From assembly GCA_002794465.1 (NCBI GenBank), contig MTSL01000076.1, forward strand, positions 21,396 to 47,801: a stretch of DNA of 26,406 bases. Direction: 5' to 3'. The notes under the pieces were generated by a model. The model made no database searches. It worked only from the letters and a program-made list of their open reading frames with translations, and was not told where the DNA came from. Source of the stretch: Paramicrosporidium saccamoebae KSL3. Its lineage: Eukaryota > Fungi > Cryptomycota. Made by a program: the position numbers and the translations under genes. Of this stretch, positions 8,829 to 19,690 are shown one piece after another; the stretch's first letter is position 1, and each line of letters opens with the position of its first letter.

Positions 8829-11102
8829 CTACTGCGTGGCTGCTACGGCCAATTTCTTCAAATGGTCAAGGAACACTTGAAGACTGACATCATCGGTGAA
8901 AATGGCCTGTCCTTGGGCCTGTCCCGCGCTTTGACCACCATAGGTAGCCGCAGTGTTAACGTGGGTTGTCGAGGGATTCAATTTGGAAATTAGGAAACGA
9001 GACTGGCTTCCATGCTGGTCACAAACTACATACATTGGAATGGGATAGCGATCCGAGAGGAGATCTTTTGCATCCTGTGCGGGGGCCTCGAGCAGGGCTT
9101 TGAGATTTGCAAACTCGGGCTTCATGTGGTATCCTTGATTACGCCACATGGCTACATGTTCCCCGTGGAAGATGACAATGTGGAAGAATGAATCCAACAT
9201 GAGAATTATTTCAGGACGGATAGAAATGGAATCCAGGAGCACTGGCTCGGGCGCCACATCTAGGGAATATGCAGTAAGAGTCGGCTGAATCATGATTAGA
9301 GAATTGTTCACGCTTTCTCGGTTTAGAACATGACGATAGAATGCAGTCTCGTCAGGAGAATTGTTAAAGACGTGCAGGAACTGGGAACGACGGAGATAGA
9401 ACATGAACTGGGGATACATAGAAAAGAGCGAAGCAAGACGGAAGCTGCTGGGATCATCTTTGCGATAATCTCCGTATTTTTGACAAATCCGAATCAGCAG
9501 ACGATCAAGCCAGCGGAGAACATCTGGAGAATCATCCACCTCTGCTTTGAAAACTGCAATCCTAGCCATTAAGACGGCTGCGGCTTCTTGGTCGAATGCG
9601 TTTTGAATGTTTGGAGAAGTGCCATCCTGGATGGACCGAGCGACTGTGGTCACGCGCAGACGCATCTGACCGGAAGAATGTTGATACTGGGTAATAAATT
9701 GAACCATTCCCATCGCACCAGGAGCAGCGGGACCAGTTCCGACAATTTCAAAATAAAATGCCTGGGTAGTACGTGGGGACAAGGTACACATTTTCCACTG
9801 GTGCGTTCCTCCAAGGCCAATTTCTGTATCAGACACTGAGGCGTTCCGTTTCTGCATGGATACAGCCGGACCAATTAGGCCACACAGGCGCAGTTCTCGA
9901 CTCACAACCACATCGGTGGTGGCATTAAAAGCCATGGTTAGATTGCCTTGTGCATCTTTTAAAAAGATTCTTTGACAGGCCTGCTTGAACATGTTCGTGT
10001 TGAATGATTCAGCCAGGACCATATTTCCACCAGTGTAATTTGACAACGTTTTCATTTCAGATAATCCGACCTGATCGAGACATCCAGTGAGAATATCCAC
10101 AGAGTGGCCATTAGTCGAGGCCCGTTTAGCAAGAGACTCGTAATACTGATTTGCCTTTTTGTAGTATTTGACCCGATCGGCGTCAATATCGTGATGGGAA
10201 CGAATAGACTCGCGGAGCTCTGGACCCACGACCATTCCTGGCCCCACTGTACAAGGACCACCAACAAACATCATGATGCGTGCGCCGCAATTGGGAAAGA
10301 GTGTCTCCAGGAGACTGATGGAAATGGAAGCAGCCACTCCCGTGGCGCGCTGTGGTCGCTTGTCCGAGTCAACTGGCCAAGGATCACGTTGTAGCTGTTC
10401 AAAAATTTGTGATAATGTAAACTCGCACATTTCCGAGGGCATTAAAAAGCGATAGGCATTACTCTGAGGAGTGCCTGCTGGACGACCGGCAGCAGGCGGA
10501 TTGAGTCCCAACATGTCTTGAATTTGAGTCTGAGAATAGTCCTTTGTTCCACGGAAGACGTAAGACTTTGGAATTTCTGCAAAACCTAGCTCGTGGACCT
10601 GGACCATGGTTCCGTAGGTGACGAGGCCAACCAGAGACTTTGGAGGGAGGAGGGACAGACTGATGACCAGTGACTCTCGAAGAGACTTTAATTCCTCCTC
10701 GTCCAGACAAGTATCCACTACAAAGAAGAAAATGGGCGGAACTGGGGAAGGCTTCATGAGGGTGTACTCGATGGTAGTGTAGCTTGGGAGCAGCTCGGCG
10801 GGCAGGTTGGTGACGCTAATGTCTTTGTACTGGGCGGGGAATTGGTTGCGCTGCAGACAAAATGGACAAATCCAAAACTTGCTTTCTACGTCAATCTGAC
10901 AATACGGGTTCAGCACCGCGCGACAAGGCGCCTTGCACACGACTGGTTCATAAGGAATAGGCGCCAAGTCTTGGCGTTCCTTAAGAGGAGTGAAGAGACA
11001 GCTAATGGGAACAACCAGCTTGTTGGCGTCGAGCCGTGCAGACGGCCAAATGTTCCAGCTAAAGCGTACCCCGTCGCGGTCCTCAATCTCTTCAAAATTC
11101 AT
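8829..11102 (-). CDS. SEC23: COPII coat inner subunit Sec23, 757 aa
   Basis: [14 protein letters not shown]; zinc finger C..C...LNPYCQID....W.CPFC.QRN; trunk FVVDTC; gelsolin-like C-terminus; [18 protein letters not shown]. Confidence 0.98.
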   Translation of the reverse strand: MNFEEIEDRDGVRFSWNIWPSARLDANKLVVPISCLFTPLKERQDLAPIPYEPVVCKAPCRAVLNPYCQIDVESKFWICPFCLQRNQFPAQYKDISVTNLPAELLPSYTTIEYTLMKPSPVPPIFFFVVDTCLDEEELKSLRESLVISLSLLPPKSLVGLVTYGTMVQVHELGFAEIPKSYVFRGTKDYSQTQIQDMLGLNPPAAGRPAGTPQSNAYRFLMPSEMCEFTLSQIFEQLQRDPWPVDSDKRPQRATGVAASISISLLETLFPNCGARIMMFVGGPCTVGPGMVVGPELRESIRSHHDIDADRVKYYKKANQYYESLAKRASTNGHSVDILTGCLDQVGLSEMKTLSNYTGGNMVLAESFNTNMFKQACQRIFLKDAQGNLTMAFNATTDVVVSRELRLCGLIGPAVSMQKRNASVSDTEIGLGGTHQWKMCTLSPRTTQAFYFEIVGTGPAAPGAMGMVQFITQYQHSSGQMRLRVTTVARSIQDGTSPNIQNAFDQEAAAVLMARIAVFKAEVDDSPDVLRWLDRLLIRICQKYGDYRKDDPSSFRLASLFSMYPQFMFYLRRSQFLHVFNNSPDETAFYRHVLNRESVNNSLIMIQPTLTAYSLDVAPEPVLLDSISIRPEIILMLDSFFHIVIFHGEHVAMWRNQGYHMKPEFANLKALLEAPAQDAKDLLSDRYPIPMYVVCDQHGSQSRFLISKLNPSTTHVNTAATYGGQSAGQAQGQAIFTDDVSLQVFLDHLKKLAVAATQ

Positions 11103-11247
11103 ATCCGGTGAGCACGAGTGTGCGTTAACGTGTTAATGAGAAAACAATTTGTACTATGAAATAGTATAATCACAGACCGGGGATATTATGTAGTGGATCA
11201 CACAATTAAATGTCATATTTATCAGCAGGCTCTGGCTCTATGGGCGC

Positions 11248-13251
11248 TTATTTCTTATCGGCGTCCTTGAATTCGGCCTCCTGGGCCTTGGGTTCTTCAG
11301 ACTTGTTCTCTCCCATCTTCTTTTGATACACCATGGCAAAAAGATTCATGCTAGCTTGCTGCAGTTCGTTGACTTTGGTCTTGAGGACTTCAGCATCTTC
11401 AGCCGTTTTAAGGAGCTCGCGGACACTGGTGATGAGGTTGCGGACCTTGGTCTCCTCGTCCTTGTTGAGCTGGTTGGCAAATTGTCCGAGATTCTTTTCA
11501 ATGTCCGTGATGGTTCCATCCGCAGAGTTGACGGCTTCAATGAGCTCACGCTTCTTAGAGTCGGATTCGGCGAAGCGTTCGGCATTCTTGATCATGTTCT
11601 CAATTTCGTCCTTGTTAAGACCGGATGAGGCAACAATGGTGATGGACTGATCCTTGTTGGTGGCCTTGTCTTTGGCAGAGACGTTGACAATGCCGTTGGC
11701 ATCAATGTCAAAAGTGACCTCGATTTGGGGAACCCCACGAGGGGCAGGGGGGATTCCAGTCAAGTTAAAGGTTCCCAGCTGCTTGTTATCCGTGACCAAT
11801 TCGCGCTCTCCCTGATACACGCTGATTTGCACCTGAGTCTGACCATCAGCCGCAGTGGAGAATACTTGAGACTTTTTGGTGGGAATTGTAGTGTTGCGAT
11901 TGATGAGACGAGTGAACACGCCTCCAAGAGTCTCAATTCCAAGCGACAGGGGCGTAACATCGAGAAGGAGAATATCCTTGACTTCTCCTGCAAGAACTCC
12001 TCCCTGGATGGAAGCGCCAATGGCAACAGCCTCATCCGGGTTTACGCTGCGAGTAGGCTCCTTGCCAAAGATTGTTGTCACAGTCTCGAGAACCTTTGGT
12101 ACACGGGACATGCCTCCCACAAGAATAATTTCGTCAATCTGGTTCTTTGACACTCCGGCATCCTTGATGGCCTTGTTGCATGGCTCAATGGTGCGATCAA
12201 TAAGCTCCTTAACCAGTGACTCTAATTTGGCACGGGTAAGCTTCATTTGCACGTGCTTGGGCCCAGACGCATCGGCAGTAATAAAGGGAAGGTTAATATC
12301 GGTTTGCAGGGTAGAGGACAATTCAATCTTGGCCTTTTCTGCAGCCTCTCGGACACGCTGAAGGGCCATGCGATCATTGCTAATGTCAACTCCTTGGGTG
12401 GACTTGAGATCATTGACAATGTAGCGGACGAGGACATTGTCAAAGTCTTCACCGCCAAGATGAGTGTCACCGTTGGTGGACTTGACCTCAAAGACTCCCT
12501 TTTGGATTTCAAGAATGGAAATATCAAACGTTCCACCTCCCAGATCGTAGACTGCAATGACACGGTCGCCAGAACGGTCCAGACCATACGCCAACGCGGC
12601 AGCAGTGGGCTCATTGATTACACGGAGAACTTCAAGCCCGGCAATAGCGCCAGCATCCTTGGTAGCCTGGCGCTGCGAATCGTTAAAGTACGCGGGCACA
12701 GTAATGACGGCGTTTTTGATGGGCTTGTTCAGGTATGACTCGGCCGTCTCCTTCATCTTGCCGAGGACAAACGCTCCAATTTGAGAGGGAGAGTAGCGTT
12801 TTGCGTCGGTAGTTTCCACCCAAGCATCTCCGTTGGTGTGTCGAACAATCTTGTATGCAACAATTTTACGATCTTGTTGGACTTCTTTATCTTCAAAGTT
12901 GCGGCCAATAAGACGCTTAGTGGCGAAAAGAGTGTTTTCGGGATTAACCACGGCCTGTCTTTTGGCGGGCTGACCGACCAGCAGCTCGCCTTCCTTGGAA
13001 AAGGCTACCACCGACGGAGTGGTACGTGCGCCTTCACTATTTTCAATCACACGGGGTGTCTTGCCCTCCATTATAGCAACGCAAGAATTGGTAGTTCCCA
13101 AATCAATACCAATGACGGCGCCCTGAACTTTGGAACTCATGTTGCGCATCGCACGCCATTCAGCGGACGCACACATGGCCATGACGCTCTACAGATGCAA
13201 CGGAATGATGGATGCACCTACCTTTAATGAGGATGCACGTGAAGAAAGCAT
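11248..13251 (-). CDS. SSC1: Mitochondrial Hsp70; exons 13251-13222 and 13188-11248, 656 aa
   Basis: [41 protein letters not shown] and [16 protein letters not shown] (DnaK/mitochondrial type). An upstream 10-codon exon completes the presequence [29 protein letters not shown]. Confidence 0.95.
13189..13221 (-). other. 33-nt intron in SSC1 (GTAGGT...CTGTAG)
   Basis: Phase 0. Its terminal TAG is an in-frame stop, and splicing links an ATG-initiated presequence exon. Confidence 0.82.
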
Positions 13252-13410
13252 GCAAGTCAAAACGACAACTTTTAAGAATTCTTGTCCCTGGCCCGGTCAA
13301 TAATATAATATTAGGAGTTTTACAAAGGTATAATTGTTTTGTAGTTTTGACGGGTCGACAAACAGAGCACGAACAAGACACGGACATTACACGGTTTATT
13401 CATGCTGTAC

Positions 13411-13942
13411 CTAAGGTCCGTTCACTTTGGGATTATGGAATGGAGTATGTTCGCCATCACCCCAGAAGAATTTCTAGACACATCAAGTCGCGATTAGCAG
13501 TGTTACCTTTGAGCGGATTCTTAGATGAGGATATTCCGGAGGGACATGAGGATGTTCGGCCAAATGCTCAGAGTGTTCCTTTTCAAGATAATACGTATTA
13601 GCACCAACTAGGAGCGTCAAGGGGACTCCCACGTACCAAAACACCTTTCGCCAATATTCGGCCGTCTCTACAGTGCGTGAAGGATGATCAATTGTTTCTA
13701 CTCTTGGCTTCATTGCTCATCTCAATTTCTTTCTTGAAATACTTTGCCATTGTGGGAGTGAGCTCGCCTTTGGTGAGCAGCTCGTCCACTTGCTTCACCT
13801 CGGTCATCAGGTCTGGACGAAGGCGCAGGAGGAGTTCGTCTACCTTTCGGAAGCCTTGGTAAACACTACCCACTGTGGGCCCGTGCGAATAATTGCAAAC
13901 TCGATGGCCGAAATTTGGCACCCAAGTCCGACAGCCGAACAT
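13411..13942 (-). CDS. COX13: Cytochrome c oxidase subunit VIa (Cox13/COX6A); exons 13942-13702, 13667-13507, 13473-13411; 154 aa
   Basis: The spliced product reads EAKKTAEYWRKVFWYVGVP(TM)...NTYYLEKEH...[28 protein letters not shown], matching the COX6A signature Y.++.IR.K.F.WGDG..T.F.N. Confidence 0.92.
13474..13506 (-). other. 33-nt intron in COX13 (GTAACA...GTCTAG)
   Basis: Joins RIRSK to KFFWGDG. Contains an in-frame TGA. Confidence 0.92.
13668..13701 (-). other. 34-nt intron in COX13 (GTAGAA...CTGTAG)
   Basis: Phase 1. Splicing joins ORF 13688-13942 to ORF 13483-13713 in frame. Confidence 0.85.
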
Positions 13943-14170
13943 GCGCTAATGTTGCTCGCCAGGGCTTGTAGGGCCACACTTATCACGTCCGTGGGGCAGT
14001 AGCTCTCATGTTTATTAGCCAATAAATGCATTGCTTTATGTGTTGAAAGTCATATAATAGCTTCTCAACCTAGTTTATTGTAACCAATTGGCAAGCCAGG
14101 GGAGCAGCGACCAGCCCTCTGTTTAGTAGTAGACACTGTTGGTGTAGCTTGAACTGCTCTGTAGGAAGAA

Positions 14171-15989
14171 ATGTCGTCACCCGTGTTTCCTGACACTGGT
14201 GGAACTCATGAGAGGGGCACCAGCAGTTTGGTGTCGCCTGTCACTCCCAGTGGCCGGTCTTCAGACCACCTGACTCCTCTAACTCATTCTAGCATGCTTT
14301 CCTCGCGTCGCTGGCCTGCCGACGAGCCGAGACCAGCTGCCTCGCAGGGAACGCCGACCAAGCGGAACGACAGTGCGGCTTCTGACGGCACCGGAAAGTC
14401 AGAGCTCCTTGGCCTGGATATGAGCGGCTCCAAAATCAAGACTTTGACTCCCGGAATCTGCCGGTTTACCTTCCTAACTGAGCTTCGGCTAAGCAACAAC
14501 TTTATCACCAGGCTGCCGCCTGGCGTTGGCCAACTTCGCTCATTGGCCTTTCTGGACTTGTCAAATAACCAACTGACCGAGCTGCCCTCTGAGGTGGGAT
14601 GGCTTTGTAACATGAAGGAGCTTTTATTGTTTAACAATCATATCCAGGACCTGCCTGGCGAGATGGGATATTTGTACCAACTAGAAAATTTTGGTATCGA
14701 AGGGAACCCTATCAATGAAAATTTGCTCCAAATTGTCCACAGTCAAGGAGCTCTTGCGATTATACCATTCTTGAGGGATCACATGATCAGTACATTTGGG
14801 ATTAAGTCTAATATTGTAGCCATTGCGCCTCCATCAGACCGGTCTTGGCTTAACGTTGATTCGTATGCAGGTGGCTCGAGAAATGCAGTCACTGTGTTGT
14901 GCTACAATGTGTTGTGCGACAAGTATGCAACAAGCCAGATGTTTGGCTATGTGCCCTCCTGGTTTCTGAATTGGGATTACCGGAAACAGCTCATCCTCCA
15001 CGAAATTTTGTCATACGATGCCGATATTGTCTGTCTCCAGGAAGTGGAATCTAGCCAGTTTGACCAGTACTTTAAGCCGCAGCTCAGAATGAGAGGAGGC
15101 TATGATGGCGTCTTTAGTCCAAAGTCTCGGGCACGGACAATGAGCGAATGGGACAGGTCGTACGTCGATGGTTGTGCGACATTTTTCAAAGCTGACAAGT
15201 ACAGTGCGACGGGTACCTCACGTTTTTAGGTTTAAATTTGAAGACAAGACGCTGGTCGAGTTTAACCAGGTCGCTTTGTCGAGGCCTTCCCTGCGCAAAC
15301 ACAAGGACATGTATAACCGGGTCATGACCCGAGACAACATTGCCGTGATTGTCAGGCTTGAGCACAAGGAATCCCGCCAGGAAGTGCTGGTGGGCAATGT
15401 CCATATCCACTGGGATCCCAGCTTCCGAGACGTCAAGCTGGTGCAGACCATTATGTTGATTGAGGAGCTTGAAAAGATTAGCATGGTGCATCCCAAGGCC
15501 GCCATTATTGTTTGTGGAGATTTTAACTCTCTACCTGGAAGTGGCGTTTGTTCATTTTTAGAGACTGGAACAGTGCGGCCGGACCATCCCGACTTTATGA
15601 AACATACATATGAGCCCTATACTACGGAGGGAGCCAACCATTCCCTGAACCTGAAGAATGCCTATTCATTGGCGCCGGATCCTCTCAATTTTACCAGTTT
15701 TACCCCCATGTTTTTGGGTGTGATTGATTATGTGTGGTTCCGGCCTGGCGGATTGTCGGTCAATGGATGCCTTGGACCGGTGTCGACAGAGTATGCTAGA
15801 CAAATTGTTGGTCTTCCATCGCAGCATCTGCCATCAGACCATATATCCTTGCTGGTCGAGTTTAAGATAGAATCATCCCCCCAGGCCTTTAAAAGGGAAG
15901 GAGGAGGTCTACGATACCAGACTAGCCATCCCGACATGAGTGGCCCTGCGAGACGCATGTACTCTAGAAATAAAAACGCGATGACATAG
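14171..15989 (+). CDS. CCR4: CCR4 deadenylase (LRR plus EEP nuclease); exons 14171-14789, 14820-15198, 15230-15989; 585 aa
   Basis: LRRs (LTELRLSNN, LDLSNNQLTELP, LLLFNN) followed by EEP motifs CYNVLC, LQEVE, DGCATF, HIHWDP, CGDFNS, IDY and PSDH. Confidence 0.96.
14790..14819 (+). other. Probable 30-nt in-frame intron in CCR4 (GTACAT...TCTAAT...TTGTAG)
   Basis: 30% GC with a branch-like CTAAT. Removal gives FLRDHMITIAPPSDRSW, which fits Ccr4 LRD..PP..R spacing. It has no stop, so splicing is not strictly required. Confidence 0.7.
15199..15229 (+). other. 31-nt intron in CCR4 (GTACAG...TTTTAG)
   Basis: Required to join the two ORFs: FFKADK-FKFEDK. Confidence 0.93.
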
Positions 15990-16183
15990 ATTGTCGCGAC
16001 TTTGATGTGAGTTGGGAGTGTGGGGTGGGATGAGATGGGATAAAGGGAGGGGGTATCCTAGATCCATGGTAGTTTGATTAGATGCCATTTTGGTTCCTTG
16101 ACCCCCCCCCTCCCGAATGATATGCGAGCCAGGGTCATTCTGGCCCCTCTAATCCCTCGGGTTTACTAGTCAGTCTATTAATA

Positions 16184-17072
16184 ATGGCTCCCAAGAAGGA
16201 AAAGGCACAGAAAATGTCTCTGGCAGATTTCACAAAGACTTTACAGGTTGAAGGTGAACCTACCACTGCTGCGTGGGCGGACGAAGAGTTTGAGTTGCCT
16301 AGTGGCCCCCTTGGACAAGAACGTCCTTCGTATGATAACCGTCCTGGCCGTGTGCCAGCTCGTGGCTACGGCCGTGATGAGGCACCCCAGCCCGTCGTTA
16401 TAGACCAGCATGCTCTTCCGCGTGCCCCTCCCTTCATGGCGTTTGTTGGAAACCTCTCGTACGAGGCGGGCGAAGAGGATATCCGAGAGTTTTTTGCCGG
16501 AATTGCCATCAAAGGCATCCGGTTCCCGCGTAGCGCCGAATCTGGCCCCCGAGGATTTGGTTATGTTGAATTCCACTCGGTTGAGGGTCTTACTGAAGGA
16601 CTATTGCGCAGTGGCAAAGTAAGAAAACGTGATGGGTGTGTCTAAAGTTTAGCCTATAAAAGGTCGCCCCTGCCGCATTGATCTTGCCAGTGCCAAGAGT
16701 GAAGAGCGCGAATCTCGCATCGCCGCAGGAAACTGGCGCGATGGCCACCAGGTTGTTGAGAGTTCTCGGATGGAACGAGCGGCACCTCGCGGCGCTGCGC
16801 CAGTATTTGCTCCGTCTGGCAACTGGCGTGACACTGCCAAACCCGTAGACGCTGAGAAGCCGGCTTTCCGCTCAGCTCCAGTTGAGACGAAACCAGCAAT
16901 GACTGGTCGGAAACCCGAAATCAAGCTTCTTCCCAGAACCGTTCCCGTAGAATCCGATGGCCAGAAGCTGGCTACTGGAGATTATCAGAAATCCAGCAAG
17001 CCAAACCCGTTTGGTGCTGCCAAGCCTCGCGAGATTGTCCTTGCTGAGAAGCACGCAGAGCCCAAGGAATAG
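16184..17072 (+). CDS. TIF3: Translation initiation factor eIF4B (RRM); exons 16184-16618 and 16653-17072; 284 aa
   Basis: MAPKK...KMSL.DF, WADE, PPFMAFVGNLSYE (RNP2) and RGFGYVEF (RNP1). The spliced frame continues GRPCRIDLA, has two NWRD motifs and includes KPNPFGAAKPRE. Confidence 0.9.
16619..16652 (+). other. 34-nt intron in TIF3 (GTAAGA...GTTTAG)
   Basis: Restores the end of the RRM and is in frame with ORF 16770-17072. Confidence 0.9.
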
Positions 17073-17092
17073 AGTCCAGCAGTGGTGTAGCT

Positions 17093-17217
17093 TGAGATTA
17101 TTAAATATAACATGAGATTATTAAGTATAACGTGGGATTGATTATTAAAGATTGTTCTTGACGGGTTACAAGGCCAGTGATGGTGTCATGTGAGATTATT
17201 AAACAATTATTCTTGAC
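17093..17217. repeat. Degenerate repeat of (T)GAGATTATTAA; 20-bp period at 17093/17113/17133, with another copy near 17190
   Basis: Read directly from the sequence. Confidence 0.7.
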
Positions 17218-17305
17218 TGATTAGCACCTAAATCCATGTTTGGTCTTTGTCAAAATTGGTCAGCAAAGTAATGGAATGATATCTTTGTTTAGAGCATGAT
17301 CAGGT

Positions 17306-17437
17306 TGTGACGTAGCGGACTGATTGGTTGGGTATTTGAGGACAGTGAGATGTGTATCCATACTATCCTAGGATTAGCAGTGGACAGGTTCTCTTCTCGC
17401 CCAAACTGGGCCGTGGTATTATCTTCACTACGCGACA
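17306..17437 (+). mobile_element. Dispersed repeat copy B (132 bp)
   Basis: TGTGACGTAG...core 17330-17382...CTACGCGACA. Confidence 0.65.
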
Positions 17438-17601
17438 AGATGACGCCTTTACATGGCCAATAGCATTGTATCGATAAAATCAGCCAATCTGAAACATTGT
17501 GGCTTGAGAGATGACCAGATATAGTAATTATATGCTCATCGAAAGTCCATAAAGGAGCCGCAACTGTCTTGTCCAAGGAGCAAAAGGCCCCCTTCAGGAG
17601 G

Positions 17602-19155
17602 ATGCGAGTATTCGGCGCATTGTGTTTTTTGGCTGTTGCCGGCCACTGCAAAGCATCATCAAATTTATCCGACTTGCTGAAATATGGAAGAGGGCTGTCA
17701 CTAAAGGACTTGAATGCAAAATTGGAATGGGCTAGCATGAAACCTAGCATTTCCCTCTTAGAAATGTGTCTTATTCCTATGGAAAGCCAGGCTGTAGAGA
17801 TGGATACTGTTGATGTGATCAAAGAGTCTCTTCGTGAGGGATATGATAAGATCCTTTTGTGTGCCCAAAGTAAAGCGTTTGCTGGTTGGAAAAATTCAGG
17901 AGATTATCACTGGTTCTACGCGCTCTCAATGGGGAAGGGTTGGTTCAAAGAAGAGCTGTGGGACTGGGCGGCATTTGATTGGGAAGCTAATTTTGACGCA
18001 ATTTTGAGAGCAGACAATCCAAGTTTCTTCCAACACGCCTTGGACCAAAAGCTTGCCCCTACCAGTTTAAATGCGGAAACTTTGCCATCCCAAGGTTTAC
18101 TTGAGCAGTATGATGCGGCCAAAATTATGGACCATTTGAGGATGGAGATAAAGTCGGATGAACTCTCGATACAGAAACTAGTGGATTGTGGTAAAGTCAA
18201 CACTATGCGGCTGCTGCAAGAAAGCGGGGTTGATGTTTTTGGACACTCCGATCTGCATACATGGACGGCAAATCTTGACCATCTTGATTTTGCTCTATCC
18301 ATCAATCCTGGTGGTGCCAAAGTTCAAGAGGAAATCCAAGTTGCATTCATCTGGTGTAATTTGGAGCATATCAAAGTTCTTTTCCGACACCACGTTATAG
18401 TTGCATTGGATCAAGGTTTTGTCACCTCTGCTGCAGAGTCGGGTTGCCTAAATATTATTCAGTGGGCGCACTCGATAGACCCAACTCTTGAACCAACCAA
18501 AGACTGTCTAAGCAGTATTATGGTTAATGGTCATATTGAAGTATTCAGATACCTCTACAGCCGCAATGCCAAATTTCTGCCCGAGCCGTATCAAGAAGAG
18601 GCAGCAAGTTCTTTAACCATGTGGGATCATGACATGATTGTTGAATGTTACTACATTGATTCTAGACTGATCCCACTGGAGAAGCTACATTGTCATGCCA
18701 TGAAACTAGGCAAGCACAAGGTGGTCGCCTGGACATGGGACAAGATTCACGAGCAAACTGGCCTGGCTCCAGTACCCACGGCACATGATCTTGAACGCGC
18801 AATTAATTCTTGTGTATGGTTATTGGTGCGCTGGATTGTGGATAAGAATCCGACTTTGTGTCCCAGCCGACACGTAATCAGCGCTATAAAGACGTGTGCT
18901 ACTCGTTTAGAATGTAAGAAAGAAGTGTTGAGCGAGTTTTTAGTCCTCCTAAAAAGCTTGTACGAGTTGAGCGGTGATGCCGAGTATCTGCCCACTGTGG
19001 ATGAGTTGCGCAATCAATCGGTAAGACATGTGAAATGGGTGCATAATCAAGCTCCGAATCATTTATCTCACGAAGATCTTGTTGCTATTTGTGCGTCGCA
19101 AGATGTGGGATCGGATTTTCACGAGTGGTGTGAGCAACTGATGCACCCACAATAG
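17602..19155 (+). CDS. Uncharacterised signal-peptide protein with degenerate ankyrin-like repeats (family member 1), 517 aa
   Basis: The track start at 17569 is TTG. ATG 17602 gives MRVFGALCFLAVAGHCKA, which is signal-like. Repeats include SAAESGCLNIIQWA, IMVNGHIEVFRYL and AMKLGKHKVVAW. Confidence 0.8.
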   Translation: MRVFGALCFLAVAGHCKASSNLSDLLKYGRGLSLKDLNAKLEWASMKPSISLLEMCLIPMESQAVEMDTVDVIKESLREGYDKILLCAQSKAFAGWKNSGDYHWFYALSMGKGWFKEELWDWAAFDWEANFDAILRADNPSFFQHALDQKLAPTSLNAETLPSQGLLEQYDAAKIMDHLRMEIKSDELSIQKLVDCGKVNTMRLLQESGVDVFGHSDLHTWTANLDHLDFALSINPGGAKVQEEIQVAFIWCNLEHIKVLFRHHVIVALDQGFVTSAAESGCLNIIQWAHSIDPTLEPTKDCLSSIMVNGHIEVFRYLYSRNAKFLPEPYQEEAASSLTMWDHDMIVECYYIDSRLIPLEKLHCHAMKLGKHKVVAWTWDKIHEQTGLAPVPTAHDLERAINSCVWLLVRWIVDKNPTLCPSRHVISAIKTCATRLECKKEVLSEFLVLLKSLYELSGDAEYLPTVDELRNQSVRHVKWVHNQAPNHLSHEDLVAICASQDVGSDFHEWCEQLMHPQ

Positions 19156-19690
19156 AGAACCTAGCAGAGGGTTTTGTCACCAGCTACGGGGCAGTGTCTA
19201 CAATAGAGGGATATAAGAGATACCACCTGCCAATAAAAAATCTTGTTCGCAACTGTCCATTGTTCACCACGAACGGGGGCTGTTCAACGCGACCGCAAGC
19301 GCTGAATTGGATCATTGTGTAACGACCATCAGTATACCTAGACTTTAATGCAAAGGCTAATGAGGAATTGTTGTATCGGGTATTTGAACGAAAGCCCACA
19401 TACCTCTCGAATTTAATACTTTTTGAACAGTATTGCCACCGGAGACAGTGTTACGCAAAAAGAAAATCCTATCAAAGGACAAGCACTGGGAATGGGTTTA
19501 CAGTAGACCTTACATGATAATTTAGGGGCCATGATTCGCCTCATTACGACCACTAAACTCGGTTGACAGCCCTTCGACAATCTTTAAACGCTCCAGTTCT
19601 ACTGTTTCGATCCCAAACGCCTCCAATCTAAATGTTTCGATTCTAACTATCATGATTCTCTAGCCATTCTCACACGTAAAAATAGATAGT

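Noticed and set aside
13274-13283. AAGAATTCTT upstream of SSC1 as a heat-shock element
   Set aside because: GAA and TTC are adjacent; an HSE needs GAAnnTTC spacing.
11323-13601. Long plus-strand ORFs antisense to SSC1 and COX13 (and similar shadow ORFs over HSP104, SEC23 and RPN11)
   Set aside because: These are typical antisense shadows of codon-biased genes with no independent protein features.
13840-13869. Extra 30-nt GTA...TAG in-frame intron in COX13 exon 1
   Set aside because: It is not needed for the frame, has no branch-like motif or AT enrichment, and such a pattern is likely by chance. Left unresolved.
15990-15998. TTGTCGCG after the CCR4 stop as a fourth element end
   Set aside because: Only 8 bp match, with no core sequence nearby.
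322-17072. Functional clustering of VTS1 with CCR4, and of HSP104, SSC1 and RPN11
   Set aside because: The genes are interleaved with unrelated ones, and such co-occurrence is plausible by chance among the conserved genes of a compact genome.
17330-17400. The element as a tRNA-derived SINE or tRNA
   Set aside because: No B-box (GTTCRA), no cloverleaf and no A-rich tail.
19184-19399. 71-aa minus-strand ORF and 61-aa ORF at 21025-21210 as genes
   Set aside because: Short, with no signal or domain features; they lie in terminator or promoter spacers.
19586-19644. Two ~29-bp imperfect direct repeats (AAACGC...TGTTTCGAT)
   Set aside because: Only two diverged copies, with no further context.
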